NCBI RefSeq assembly: GCF_009914755.1
Contig: NC_060947.1
Source of the DNA: the human T2T-CHM13v2.0 reference genome, Homo sapiens
DNA: 64,000 nt
Direction: 5' to 3' (one strand)
A program made the translations under genes and the position numbers. Every line of letters starts with the position of its first letter. Position 1 is the first letter of the stretch. This document shows positions 45,830 through 64,000 of the stretch, in pieces. The notes under the pieces were generated by a model. It searched no databases. It worked only from the letters and a program-made list of their open reading frames with translations, and was not told where the DNA came from.

Positions 45830-46289
45830 AAGGATATGAGAGTTTATTCATACATGCATCAGTTGGTGGACTCATGGGTTGTTTACATTTTTTGGCTATT
45901 GTGAATGATATTACTATAAATGTTCATGTATAAGTTTTTGTGTAGACCTGTTTTCAGCTCACCTGGGTATGTCAACATCTAGGACTGGAATTTTTGGGTC
46001 ATATAGTAATGCTATGTTGAATTTTTTTGAGAAACAGTCAGTCACTGTTTTCCAAAGCAATTGCACCATTTTACATTTGCACCAGCAATACATGAGGGCT
46101 CCAATTTCTCCACATTCTTGACAACATATTTATTGTGTCTTTGTTATAGCCATCCTAGGGAGTGCAAAGTGGTATCTCACTATAGATTTCACTTGCATTT
46201 CCCTAACAGCTAATCATATTGAGCATCTTGTCATATGCTTATTGGCCAATTGTTTATCTTACTTGAGGAATTTCTATTCAGATTTTCCT

Positions 46290-46290
<1 letters not shown>

Positions 46291-46337
<47 letters not shown>

Positions 46338-46428
46338 GATAAGGATCTCTATGTTTCCCAAGCTGGATTAAAACTCATGGGCTCCAGCCGAGAGCTGGGA
46401 CCACAGGCATGTGCAACTGTGCCTGGCT
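46291..46428 (-). mobile_element. Degenerate FLAM-like Alu monomer with a pure T44 tail
   Basis: T44 (46291-46334), then CTATGTTTCCCAAGCTGG..AACTCATGGGCTC..GCTGGGACCACAGGCATG..GCCTGGC. Confidence 0.7.
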
Positions 46429-46564
46429 TCTATCTTTTAATTGGGTTATTAGGCTTTTTATTATTGAGTTATATTTATATATTTTTATATTTTCTGTATA
46501 GGGTATCCTATCAGATATATGATTTACAAAATATTTTCTTCCATTCTAAAGGAGAATTCACTTT

Positions 46565-51601
<5,037 letters not shown>

Positions 51602-54544
51602 GAGAATTCACTTTCTTGATGTATCATTTGAAGCACTAAAGTTGTTAATTTTGATGATGTTTATCTATTTTCTTTTTTGTTGCTTGTGCTATTGGTGTTA
51701 AAATCAGAAAACCATTGTTTAATCCAAGGTCGTAAAGATTTCCTCCTGTGTTTTCTTGTAAAAGTTTTGTAATTTCAGCTCTTACATTTAGGTTTATTAT
51801 CTACTTTGAGTAAATTCTTATATATGTAGTGAAGAAGACTACCTGCATTCTTTTGCATGTGATTATACAATTGTCACAGCATGCTTTGTTGAAGAGAATG
51901 TTCTTTCCTCATTGAATAATTTTGGCATGCTTGTCAGAAATGAACTCATTATAAACATAAGAGTTTATTCCTGGACTCTCAATCCTATTTCACTGATGTA
52001 TATTTCCATCCTTTTGATAGTACCACACAACCTCTTGATTACCTTTGGGGTAAGTTTTACAACCGGTAAGTGAGAGTCCTCCAACTTTCTTTTTATTCCC
52101 TGATTGCCCTGGTTAGAAACTTCGGTACAATAATGAATACAAATTGTAAGCACAAACATTCTTGTTTCATTCCTGATCTTAAGTATTCAACATTTAGTCT
52201 TTCACCATCGAGTATAATGTCAGTTGTGGAATTATCATAGATGACATTCATTAGGTTGAGAAATATTCCTAGTTCATTAAGGTTTTGTTTAATCATGAAA
52301 GGGTTGTGCATTTTCTGCATTTTTCAAATGATTTTTCTGTATCTATTAAAATGATTATTTTTTCATCCTTTATCCTATTAATATGGTTTATTACTTTGAT
52401 TTATTTTTGAGTGTTAAATTAACCTTCCATTTATGGGATAAATACTGCTTGGTCATGCTGTACAATCCTTTTTAAGTTTTTGTGGGCACATAGGTGTATA
52501 TATTTATGGGGTACATATTTTGATACAGGCATGCAATGTGTAATACAGCAGGGTAAATGGAGTATTCATCACCTCAAGCATTTACCCTTTGCATTACCAA
52601 CAATCCAATCATAGCCTTCTAGTTATTTTTAAGTATATAATTAATTTATTATTCACTATAGTCACCTTGTTGTGCTACCAAATACTAGATCTTATTCATT
52701 CTGGGTTTTTTTGTACCCATTAACCATTGCCACTTCCCCCACCCCCCAACTCCCGAATACACTTCTCAGCCTCTGGTAACCAACATTTTACTTTCTCTCT
52801 CCGACAGCTCAATTATTTTAATTTTTAGCTTTCACAAATAAGTGAGAACATGTGATGTTTGTCTTTCTGTGCCTGGCTTATTTCACTTAACATAATGACT
52901 TCCAGTTCCATCCATGTTGTTGCAAATGACAGGACCTCATTTTTTATGGCTGAATAGTACTTCATGGTGTATATGTACCAGATTTTCTTTCTTTCTTGAT
53001 AGTCACTTAGATTGCTTCTAAATGTTGCTATGATGAATAGTGCTGCAATAAACATGAGAGTACAGACATCTCTTCAATATACTGAATTCCTTACTTTAAG
53101 GGACATACCTAGCAGTGGGATTGCTGGATCATGTGGTAGTTCCACTTTTAGATCCTTACCAGTATTTGTTATTGTATGTCTTTTGATAAAAGCCATTTAA
53201 ACTGGAGTGAGGTGATATCTCATTGTTGTTTTCATTTGTATTTCTTTGATGATCAATAATGCTGAGCACCTTTTCTTATACCCATTTTCCATTTGCATGT
53301 CTTTTTTTGATAAATGTCTATTCAGATCTTTGGCTCATTTTTAATCACATTATTATATTACTTCTCATTGAGTTGTCTGAGCTTCTTATCATATCTTTTG
53401 GTTATGAATCCCTTGTCAGATGGATAGTTTGCAAAATTTCGCTCCCATTCTATGGGATTTTCTCTTCACTTTGTTGATTGTTTGCTTCACTATGAATAAG
53501 TTTTTTTTTTTTTTTTTTACTTGAAGTGATTCCATTTGTTCATTTTCGCTTTGGTTGCCTATGCTTATGGGGTATTACTTAAAAAATCTTTGCTCACTCC
53601 AATGTACTGGATAATTTCCCCAATGTTTTATTTTATTTTTTTAGTAGATTCATAGTTTGCAGTTTTAGAGTTAAGTCTTTAATATATTTTCATTGGATTT
53701 TTGTATATGGCAAGAGATAGGGGTCTATCTTCATTCTTTTGCATATGGATATCCAGTTTTCACAACACAATTTATTGAAGAGATGGTACTTTACCCAATA
53801 TATGTTCTTGGCACCTTTGTTGAAACTGAGTTCATTGAAGATATATGAATTTATTTCTAAGTTCTCTATTCTCTTCCATTGGTCTATGTGTCTGTTTTTA
53901 TACCAGTATCATGCTGTTTTGGTTACTATAGCTCTGTAGTATAATCTAAAGTCAGATAGTGTGATTTTCCAGTTTTTTTCCTTTTGTTCAGGATAGCTTT
54001 GGCTACTCTGGGTCTTTTGTGGTTTCAAATAAGTTTTAGAATATTTTCTACTTCTGTGAAGAATGTTATTGGTATTTTGATAAAGGATGCATTGAATTTG
54101 CAGGTTCTTTTATGTAGTATGGAGATTTTAACAACATTGATTCTTCTAATACATGAACACAGAATATCTTTCCATTTATTGTGTCCTCTTCAATTTCTTA
54201 TATTAATGTTTTATAATTTTCATTGTAGAGGTCTTTCACTTCTTTGGTTGATTGCTAGGTATTTAATTTTATTTGTAGCTATTGTTAATGGAATTATTTT
54301 TTGACTTCCTTTTCAGATTATTCACTGTTGGCATAAAGAAATGCAATGGATTTTTGTATGCTAACTTTGTATCTTGCAAATTTACAGAATTTATCGGTTC
54401 TATATGTTGAGTAACAGTGGTGAAAGTGGGCATCCTTCTCGTGTTCCAGATCTTAGAGGAAAGGCTTTCAGTTTTCCCCCATTCAGTATGATACTAGTTG
54501 TGGTCTGTCATATATGGCTTTTATTGTGTTCAGGTATGTTCCTT

Positions 54545-55514
54545 TTTTTTCTTAAATTTCAACTTTTATTTTAGTTACAGGGGGTATGTGTGCATATTTG
54601 TTACATAGAAATATGCATGATGCTGAGGTCTGTAATACAGATCCTGTCAACCTGGTAGTGAGCATAATACACAATAGGTAGTTTTTAAACCCACACCCTC
54701 CATTCTACTCTACAGCAGTCTACAGTGTTTGTTGCTTCATATTGATGTCCATGTGTGCTCAATGCTTAACTCCCACTTGCAAGTGAAAAAATGTGGTATT
54801 TGGCTTTCTGCTCCTGCATTAACTTGCTTAGGACTATGGGCCCTAGCTCCATTCATGTTGCTGCAAAGTACATGATCTCATTCTTTTATATGGCTGCATA
54901 GTATCCCATGTATATGTACCACATTTTCCTTATTCATTCTACCATTGATGAGCACCTGGATTGATTTCATGTCTTTGTTACTGTGAATATCACAGCAATG
55001 AATGTATGAGTGCATGTGAAATTTTGGTAGAATGATTTCTTTTGGGTATGTACCCAGTAAAGGGATTGCTGTGTCAAATGGTAGCCATGTTTTAAGTTCT
55101 GTGAGAAGTATCCAAACAGCTTTCCATGGTGGCTGGACTAATTTACATTCTCACCAACAGTGTATAGGTGAAAGAAATTATAAACAGAGCAAGTAGATAA
55201 CCTTATAGAAAGGGAGAAAACATTCACAAATGAGGCATTTGACAAAGATCTAATATCCAGAATCTATAGGGAATTTAAATCAACAAGCAATGAACAAATA
55301 ACCTCATTGATAAATAAATGGGCAAAGGACATGAACAGACACTTCTCAAAAGAAGGAATAAAAGTGGCTAACAGAGATATGAAAAAATGCTCAGCATCAC
55401 AAATATTCAGAGAAGTGCAAATAAAAACCACAATAAGATACCATCTCAGACCACTCAGAATGGCTATTACTAAAAAGTCAAAAACCAATAGATGCTGGCA
55501 AGGCTTGAGAGAAA
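54545..55514 (-). mobile_element. L1PA13-15-like 5'-inverted (twin-primed) insertion; inverted part ~55169-55514 on + strand
   Basis: Minus-strand 3'UTR/ORF2 to ~55168, then plus-strand ORF2 (ORF 55307..); the pieces are adjacent in L1; degenerate TSD aggtatgttcctt (54532-54544) / aggtaggttcttt (55515-55527). Confidence 0.85.
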
Positions 55515-56886
55515 AGGTAGGTTCTTTCTATCCCCAGTTTTTTCAGAGTGATTTTTCTTTTGTCATAAAGGATATTTAATCTTACCAAATGCTTTTTCAG
55601 CGTCAATTGAAATGACTATATAGATTTTGTCTTTCATTCTGTTGATATAATAAATCACATTGATTGATTTGCATAAGTTGATCCATTCTTGAATAGCTGT
55701 GATAACTTCCAGTCATGATGAATAATCTTTTTAATGTTTTGTTGAATTTGGTTTGCAAGCATTTTGTTGAGGATTTTTGCATCATGGTTTATTACAGATA
55801 TCGGACAGTAGTTTTTTTTTTTTTTTAATGTTTCTTTGTCTGGTTTGGATATCAGGGTAAAAATGGCCTCATAGAATGAATCTGAAAGTATTCCCTCCTA
55901 CTTTTTGAAACACTTTGAGTAGGACTATTACTAGTTCCTTAAATGTTAAGTTGAATCCAGCACTGAATACATCGAGTCCTGTGCTTTTCTTGGTTTGGAG
56001 ACCCTTTATTATGGCTTTGACCTTGTTACTTGTTATTGACATGCTCAGGTTTTAGATTTCTTCATAGTTCAATCTTGGTAGGCTGTATGTGTCTAAGAAT
56101 TTGTCCCTTTCTCCTAGATCTTCCAATTTATTGGCAAATAGTTGCTCATAGTAGTCTCTAATCATTCTTTGAGTTTCTGTGATATGGGTTGTAATGTCTC
56201 CTTTTCATGTCTGTTTTTCTTTGGGTCTTCTCCATCATTTTGTTAGTTTGTGTGGCTAAAGATTTGTCAATTTTATTTTTTCAAAATAAACACCACCTTT
56301 TGGTTTCATTGGTCTTTTGTATTGTTTTCTTTGTTTCAATTTCATTTATTTCTGCTCTGATCATTATTTCTTTTTTTCTACTAATTCTGGATTGGATTTG
56401 CTCTTGCTTTTCTGATTCTTTAAGCTACATCATTATGTTATTTATTTGAAGTTTTTCTACTTTTTTGATATAGGCACTTAACAGTTATAAACTGCACTCT
56501 TTGTACTGCTCTTGAGTTATCTTACAGAATAGGTTTTGGTATATTTCTATTTTCATTTGTTTTTTCAGATTCCTTTTTAATTGTTTTAATGACCCACTGG
56601 TCATTCAGAAGAATATTAACGTCCATGTGTTTGTATTGTTTCCAAATTTTTTGCATTATTGATTTCTACTTTTATTCACTGTGATCAGAGAAGATACATG
56701 ATTTTTTTTTTCACATTTTAAGACTTGCTTTTTGGCCTAACATATGGTCTATCCTTGATAATAATACATGTTCTGAGGAAATAAATGTATAATCTGTATC
56801 CATTGGATGAAATATTGTGTAAATATCTATTTGGTCCATTCGTTCTATAGTGAAGATTAAGTTCAATGTTTTCCTGTTGATTTTCT

Positions 56887-59800
56887 ATTATTATTATTAT
56901 ATTTTAAGTTCTGGGGTACATGTGCAGAACGTGCAGGTTTGTTACTCAGGTATACATGTGCCATGGATGTTTGCTGCACCCATCAACCCATCATCTACAT
57001 TAGGTATTTCTCCTAATGCTATGCCTCCCCTAGCCCCCCACCCTCTGACAGGCCTGGTGTATGATGTTCCCCTCCCTGGTCCATGTGTTCTTGTTGGTCA
57101 ACTCCCACTTATGAGTGAGAACATGCAGTGTTTGGTTTTCTGTTCTTGTACTAGTTTGCTGAGAATGATGGTTCCCAGCTTCATCCATGTCCCTGCAAAG
57201 TATATGAACTCATCTTTTTTATGGCTGCATAGTATTCCATGGTGTATATGTGCCACAATTTCTTTACCCAGTCTATCATTGATGGACATTTGGGTTGATT
57301 CCAAGTCTTTTCTATTGTTAACAGTGTCACAATAAACATACATGTGCATGTGTCTTTATAGTAGAATGATTTAAAATCCTTTGGGTATACACCCAGTAAT
57401 GGGATTGCTGGGTCAAATGGTATTTCTAATTCTAGATGCTTGGGGAATCGCCACACTGTCTTCCACAATGGTTGAACTAATCTACACTCCCATCAACAGA
57501 GTAAAAACATTCTTATTTCTCCACTTTCTCTCCAGCATCTGTTGTTTCCTGACATTTTAATGATTGCTATTCTAACTGGTGTGAGATGGTATCTCATTGT
57601 GATTTTGATTTGCATTCCTCTAATGGGCAGTGATGGTGAGCTTTTTTTCATATGTTTGTTGGCTGCATAAATGTCTTCTTTTGAGAAGTCTGTTCATATA
57701 CTTCACCTACTTTTTGATGGAGGTGTTTGTTTTCTTGTAAATTTGTTTCAGTTCTTTGTAGATTCTGGACATTAGCCCTTTCTCAGATGGATAGATTGCA
57801 AAAATTTTCTCCCATTCTGGAGGTTGCCTGTTCTCTCTGATAATAGTTTCTTTTGCTGTGCAGAAGGTCTTCAGTTTAAACAGATCCTATTTGTGAATTT
57901 TGGCTTTTGTTACCATTGCTTTTGATGTTTTAGTCATGAAGTCTTTGCCCATGCCTATGTCCTGAATGGTATTGCCTAGGTTTTCTTGTAGGGTTTTTAT
58001 GGTTTTAGGTCTTATGTTTAAGTTTTTAATCCACCTTGAGTTAATTTTTGTATAAGGTGTAAGGAAGGGATCCAGCTTCAGCTTTCTGCATATGGCTAGC
58101 CAGTTTTCCTAACACCATTTATTAAATAGGGAATCCTTTCCCCATTGCTTGTTTTTGTCAGGTTTGTCAAAGATCAGATAGTTGTAGATATGTGGCATTA
58201 TTTCTGAGGCCTCTGTTCTGTTCCATTTGTCTATATATCTGTTTTGGTCCCAGTACCATGCTGTTTTGGTTACTGTAGCCTTGTAGTAGAGTTTGAAATC
58301 AGGTAGCATGATGCCTCCAGCTTTGTCCTTTTTCCTTAGGATTGTCTTGGCTATGGAGGCTCTTTTTTGGTTCCAGTGAACTTTAAGGTAGTTTTTTCCA
58401 ATTCTGTGAAGAAAGTCAATGGTAGCTTGATGGGGATAGCATTGAATCTATCAATTACTTTGGGCAGTGTAGCCATTTTCATGATATTGATTCTTCCTAT
58501 CCATGAGTATGGAATGTTTTTCCATTTGTTTGTGTCCTCTCTTATTTCCTTCAGCAGTGGTTTGTAGTTCTCCTTGAAGAGGTTCTTCACATCCCTTGTA
58601 AATTGGATTCCTAAGTATTTTATTCTTTGTAGCAATTGTGAATGGGAGTTCACTCATGATTTGGCTCTCTATTTGTCTGTTATTGGTGTATAGGAATGCG
58701 TGTGATTTTGCACATTGATTTTGTATCCTGAGACTTTGCTCTATTTGCTTAGCAGCTTAAGGAGATTTTGGGCTGAGATGATGGGGTTTTCTAAATATAC
58801 AATCATGTCATCTGCAAACAGAGACAATTTGACTTCCTCTGTTCCTATTTGAATACCCTTTATTTCTTTCTCTTGCCTGATTGCCCTGGCCAGAACTTCC
58901 AATACTATGTTGAATAGGAGTGGTGAGAGAAGACATCCTTGTCTTGTGCCAGTTTTCAAAGGGAATGTTTCCAGTTTTTGCCCATTCATTGTGATATTGG
59001 CTGTCCGTTTGTCATAAATAGCTCTTATTATTTTGACATACATTCCATTAGTGCCTAGTTTATTAAGAGTTTTTAGCATGAAGGGCTGTTGAATTTTGTC
59101 AAAGGCCTTTTCTTCATCCATTGAGATAATCATGTAGTTTCTTTTCATTGGTTGTGTTTATGTGATGGATTATGTTTATTGATTTGTGTATGTTGAACCA
59201 GCCTTGCATCCCAGCGATGGTGGTGACTTGATCATGGTGAATATGCTTTTTGATGTGCTGCTGGATTCGGTTTGCCAGTATTTTACTGAGGATTTTTGCA
59301 TCAGTGTTCATCGGGGATATTGGCCTGAAATTTTCTTTTTTTGTTGTGTCTCTGCCAGGTTTTGGTATCAGGATGATGCTGGCCTCATAAAATGAGTTAG
59401 GGAGGAGTCCCTCTTTTCCTATTGTTTGGAATAGTTTCAGAAGTAATGGTACCAGCTCCTCTTTTTACCTTGCAGAGCTTACAGCTTGCAGTGAACACCA
59501 AGAATGAGTTCTCAGACAATTCCAGCTGAGCGGGATTGGGGGCAGCTCTTCTAATAGAGTCTGCCCCAGCATCCATCTGCCAAGTATTTATTAAAAGGGC
59601 TTGTATTAACTACAAACATACACTAGATGCCTTTTTTGAGTTCGGGTCCTGAGACACCTGTGGCTTTGTAAAAGCACTCAAACCGCATTCTCAGGAGGCT
59701 GTTTGCAGTGTTCCTTATCACACCACACACTCCACTCCCTGTGCTGTTTGCAGGGTCAAGGAGTTTCATTCTCATGCACAAATAATGTACATATAGTGAT

Positions 59801-62800
59801 ATTTTTCCCTACCTCGACCTCAAATACCATATATATAAGGTTGAATATGTTGCCATGCACCCCCTACAGTACCTCTGGTAGAATTTGTCTGTGAATCAGT
59901 ATGGCCCTGGACATTTTTTGGTTGGTAGGCTATTAATTGCTGCCTCAATTTCAGGACTTGTTATTGGTCTATTCAGGGATTTGACTTCTACCTGGTTTCA
60001 CCTTGGGAGGGTGTATGTTTCCAGGAATTTATGCATTTCTTCTAGATTTTCTAGTTTATTTGCATAGAGGTGTTTATAGTATCCTCTGACGGTAGTTTGC
60101 ATTTCTGTGCGATCGGTGGTGATATCCTCTTTATCACTTTTATTGCATCTATTTGATTATTCTCTCTTTTCTTCTATATTAGTCTGGCTAGTGGTCTATT
60201 TTGTTGATCTTTAAAAAAAACAGCTCCTGGATTCATTGATTTTTTGAAGGGTTTTTCGTGTCTCTATCTCCTTCAGTTCTGCTGATCTTATTTTTTTCTT
60301 CTGCTAGCTTTTGAATTTGTTTGCTCTTACTTCTCAACTAGTTATTTTAATTGCTATATTAGGGCATCGATTTTAGATCTTTCCTGATTTCTCTTGTAGG
60401 CATTTAGTGCTATAAATTTCCCTCTACATGCTGCTTTAAATATGTCCCAGAGATTCTGCTATGTTGTGTCTTTGTTCTCACTGGTTTCAAAGAATATCTT
60501 GATTTCTGCCTTCATTTCATTATTTACCCAGTAGTCATTAAGGAGCAAGTTGTTCAGTTTCCATGTAGTTGTGCGGTTTTGAGTAGTTTCTTAATCCTGA
60601 GTTCTAACTTGATTGAACTGTGGTCTGAGAGACTGTTTATTGTGATTTCCATTCTTTTGCATTTGCTGAGGAGTGTTTTGCTTCCAATTATGGGTCAATT
60701 TTGGAATAAGTGCTATGTGGTGCTGAGAAGAATGTATATTCTGTTGATTTGGGGTGCAGAGTTCTATAGATGTCTATTAGGTCTGCTTGGTCCAGAGTTG
60801 AGTTCAAGTCCTGGATATCCTTTTTAACCTCCTGTCTCATTGATCTGTCTAATATTGACAGTGGGGTGTTAAAGTCTCCCATTATTAGTGTGTGGGAGTC
60901 TAAGTCTCTTTCTAGGTCTCTAAGGACTTGCTTTATGAATCTGGGTGCTCCTGTATTGGGTGTATATATATTTAGGATAGTTAGCTCTTCTTGTTGAATT
61001 GATCCCTTTACCATTATGTAATGGCCTTCTTTGTCTCTTTTGATCTTTGTTGGTTTAAAGTTTGTTTTATCAGAGACTAGGATTGCAAACCTTGTTTTTT
61101 TTTTTTCTTTCCATTTGCTTGGTAAATATTCCTCCATCCCTTTATTTTGAGCCTATGTGTGTCTTTGCACAAGAGATTGGTCTCCTGAATGCAGCATGCT
61201 GATGGGTCTTGACTCTTTATCCAATTTGCCAGTCTGTGTCTTTTAATAGGGTCATTTAGCCCATTTACATTTAAGGTTAATATTGTTATGTCTGAATTTG
61301 ATCCTGTCTTTATGATGCTAGCTGGCTATTTTGTCCATTAGTTGATGTGGTTTCTTCATAGCCTAGATGGTCTTTACAATTTGGCTTGTTTTTGCAGTGT
61401 CTGGTACCGCTTGTTCCTTTCCATGTTTAGTGCTTCCTTCAGGAGCTATTGTAGGGCAGGCCTGCTGGTGACAAAATCTCTCAGCATTTCTTTCTCTGTA
61501 AAGGATTTTGTTTCTCCTTTGCTTATGAGGCTTAGTTTGGCTGGATATGAAATTTTGGGTTGAAAACTCCTTTCTTTAAGAATGTTGAATATTGGCCCCC
61601 ATTCTCTTCTGGCTTGTAGGGTTTCTGCTGATAGATCCACTGTTAGTCTGATGGGCTTCCCTTTGTGGGTAACCTGGTCTTTCTCTCTAGATGCTCTTAA
61701 CATTTTTTCGTTGATTTCAACCTTGGTGAATCTGATTATGTCTTGGGATTGCTCTTCTCAAGGAGTATCTTTGTGGTGTTCTCTGTATTTCCTGAATTTG
61801 AATGTTGGTCTGCCTTGTTATATTGGGAAGTTCTGGATAATATCATGAAGAGTGTTTTCCAACTTCGTTCGATTCTCCCCGTCATTTTCAGGTACACCAA
61901 TCAAACGTAGGTTTGGTCTTTTCACATAGTCCCATACTTCTTGGAGGCTTTGTTCATTTCTTTTCACTCTTTTTTCTCCAAACTTGTTTGCTCGCTTTAT
62001 TTCATTGAGTTGATCTTCAATGTCTGATATTCTTTCTTCTGCTTGATTGATTTGGGTATTGATACTTGCGTATGCTTCACGAAGTTCTCATGCTGTGTTT
62101 TTCAGCTCCATCAGGTCATTTACATTCTTCTCTAAACTGGTTATTCTAGTTAGCAATTTGTCTACCCTTTTTTCAAGGTTCTTAGCTTCCTTTCATTGGG
62201 TGAGAACATGCTCCTTTAGCTCAGAGGAGTTTGTCATTACCCACCTTCTGAGGCCTAATTCTGTCAACTTGTCAAACTCATTCGCTGTCCAGTTTTGTCC
62301 CCTTGCTGGCGAGGAGTTGTGATTCTTTGTAGAAGAGGCATTCTGGTTTTTGGAACTTTCAGCCTTTTTGCACTTGTTTCTCCCCACGTTCATGGATTTA
62401 TGTACCTTTAGTCTTTGAAGTCAGTGACCTTTGGATGGGGTCTCTGAGTGGACGTCCTTTTTGTTGATGCTGATACTATTCCTTTCCCTTTGTTACTTTT
62501 CCTTCTAACAGTCAGGCCCCTCTGCTGCAGGTCTGCTGGAGTTTGCTGGAGGTTCGCTCCAGACCCTGTTTGCCTGGGTATCACCAGCAGAGGATGCAGA
62601 CCAGCAAAGATTGCTGCCTGTTCCTTCCTCTGGAAGCTTCGTCCCAGAGGGGCACCCGTCAGATGCCAGCCAGAGCTCTCCTGTATGAGATGCCTGTCAG
62701 CCCCTACTGGGAGGTGTCTCCTCAGTTGGAAATGCAGAAATCACTCACCTTCTGTGTTGATCTCACTGGGAACTGCAGACCAGAGCTGTTCCTATTCGGC

Positions 62801-62820
62801 CATCTTGCCAGCAACCCTCT
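56887..62820 (-). mobile_element. L1PA7-like LINE-1 with both ends, a ~0.6-kb 5'UTR deletion and a nested LTR
   Basis: TSD tgttgattttct (56875-56886 / 62824-62835); PA7-type 3'UTR (GTGCAGAACGTGCAGG, TCAACTCCCACTT); YY1 motif 62797-62806; ORF remnants 58741-59311, 60688-61137, 61446-61703. Confidence 0.92.
59471..59868 (-). mobile_element. Solo ERV LTR, family not recognised (398 bp)
   Basis: TG...CA termini interrupting L1 ORF2; 6-bp TSD ttacct (59465-59470) / gtacct (59869-59874); AATAAA on the minus strand at 59587-59592. Confidence 0.8.
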
Positions 62821-64000
62821 CCTTGTTGATTTTCTGTCCAATGCTGAAAGTGAGGTGTTGAAGTCTCCAGCTATTATTGCATTGTGGTCTACCACTCTTT
62901 AGTAATATTTTCTTTATATATCTGGGTGCTCTATTGTTGGTTACATATTTATATTTACATATTTATAATTGTTATATCCTTTTGCTGAATTTACCCCTTT
63001 ATTACTATATAATGACATTTCTTTTCTATTTTATAGGTTTTGTCTTGTGATATATTTTTTCCTGATATAAGTATAGTTATTCCTGCTCTTTTTTTTTGGG
63101 GTTTCCATTCGAATGGAATATCTTTGTTCATCCCTTTATTTTCAGTCTATACGTGTCTTTATAGGGGAAGTGTGCTCTTTGTAGGCAAGAGTATTGGGTC
63201 TTATGGGTATATCCATTCAGCCAACTCTATGTCTTTTAATTGGAGAGTTTCATCCATTTACATTCAATGTTAGTATTGATAAGCAAGGACTTGCTCCTGC
63301 CATTTTGTTATGTGTTTTCTGGTTCTTTGTGGTCTTCTCTTCCTTCTTTCCTGTCTTCATTTTAGTAAAGGTGATTTTCTCTGGTGATATGTTTTAATTT
63401 CTTGCTTTTTTTGTGTGTATGTGGTGTATGTTTTTTGATTTGAGGTTACCATGAGGCTTGCAAATACTATCTTATAAGACATTATTTTAAACTGATGACA
63501 ACTTACTACTGATTTCATAAACAAAAAGACAAGTAACAAAAACTCTACATTTTAACTTTGTTGTAGTTATTACTTTTTATTTGTTCTTCCTTTAGTCTTT
63601 CTACTTAAGATAGATTTACACACTGCAATTACAATGGTCTAAAAGTCTGTGTTTTTCTGTGTATTTACTATTATCAGCGCGTTTTGTGTCTTCAGATGAT
63701 TTACTTTTGCTCATTAACATCCTTTTATTTCTGATTGAAGTACTCCCTTTAGCATTTCTTGTAGGACAGGTCTGGTGTTGATGAAATCCCTCAGCTTTTG
63801 ATTGTCTGGGAAGGTCTTTCTTTCTTTCATGCCTAAAGGATATTTTTGACAGATACATTATTTTCTAGGGTAAAAGTTTTTGTCTTTCAGTATGTTAAAT
63901 ATGTCATGTCACTCTCTCCAGGCCTGTGAGGTTTTCACTGAGAATTGTTTCTTTCCTCTTGTTGCTTTTAGGGTCCATTTTATCCTTGAGCTTTGGTAGT

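Larger units (their letters stand above)
52468..64000 (-). mobile_element. L1MA2/L1MA3-like host LINE-1 (pieces 52468-54544, 55515-56886, 62821-64000), continuing beyond the window
   Basis: L1MA-type 3' end at 52470; collinear ORF2, then inter-ORF and ORF1 sequence resuming after each insertion. Confidence 0.82.

Overview
Gene-free, extremely repeat-dense primate DNA. It is almost certainly human, because one insertion carries the pre-Ta L1HS diagnostic bases. By my hand tally about 80% is LINE-1 and over 90% is transposon-derived. Positions 1-26.7 kb are one old minus-strand L1M split by nested insertions up to four layers deep: L1PB1 containing an Alu; a full-length L1MA1 containing an L1PB fragment with a tiny young L1, an L1PA5/6 with a HERV-W LTR17, and a pre-Ta L1HS; and a near full-length L1PA3/4. 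Then come a near-complete Charlie1 DNA transposon, Alus, an MST LTR, a second L1MA1, a ~2 kb unique island, an L1PA8, a complete THE1 and a second L1 nest (L1MB/L1MA hosts, L1PA6, an inverted L1PA13-15, and an L1PA7 containing a solo LTR). Nearly all long ORFs are L1, Charlie, THE1 or Alu remnants or their antisense shadows, and no intact cellular gene or retrotransposition-competent L1 is visible. I find no convincing new functional system. The most unusual signals are: (1) independent L1 insertions of different subfamilies sharing private variants, including an identical 4-nt stop-creating replacement, which suggests local ectopic gene conversion; (2) an ancient L1MA1 lacking exactly a GT-AG intron from its 5'UTR; (3) an LTR17 supplying an in-frame ATG to an L1 RT fragment; (4) a tiny young L1 with a 3' transduction tag. 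Subfamily calls and 'consensus' states come from remembered consensus sequences and in-window comparisons, not from a database search.
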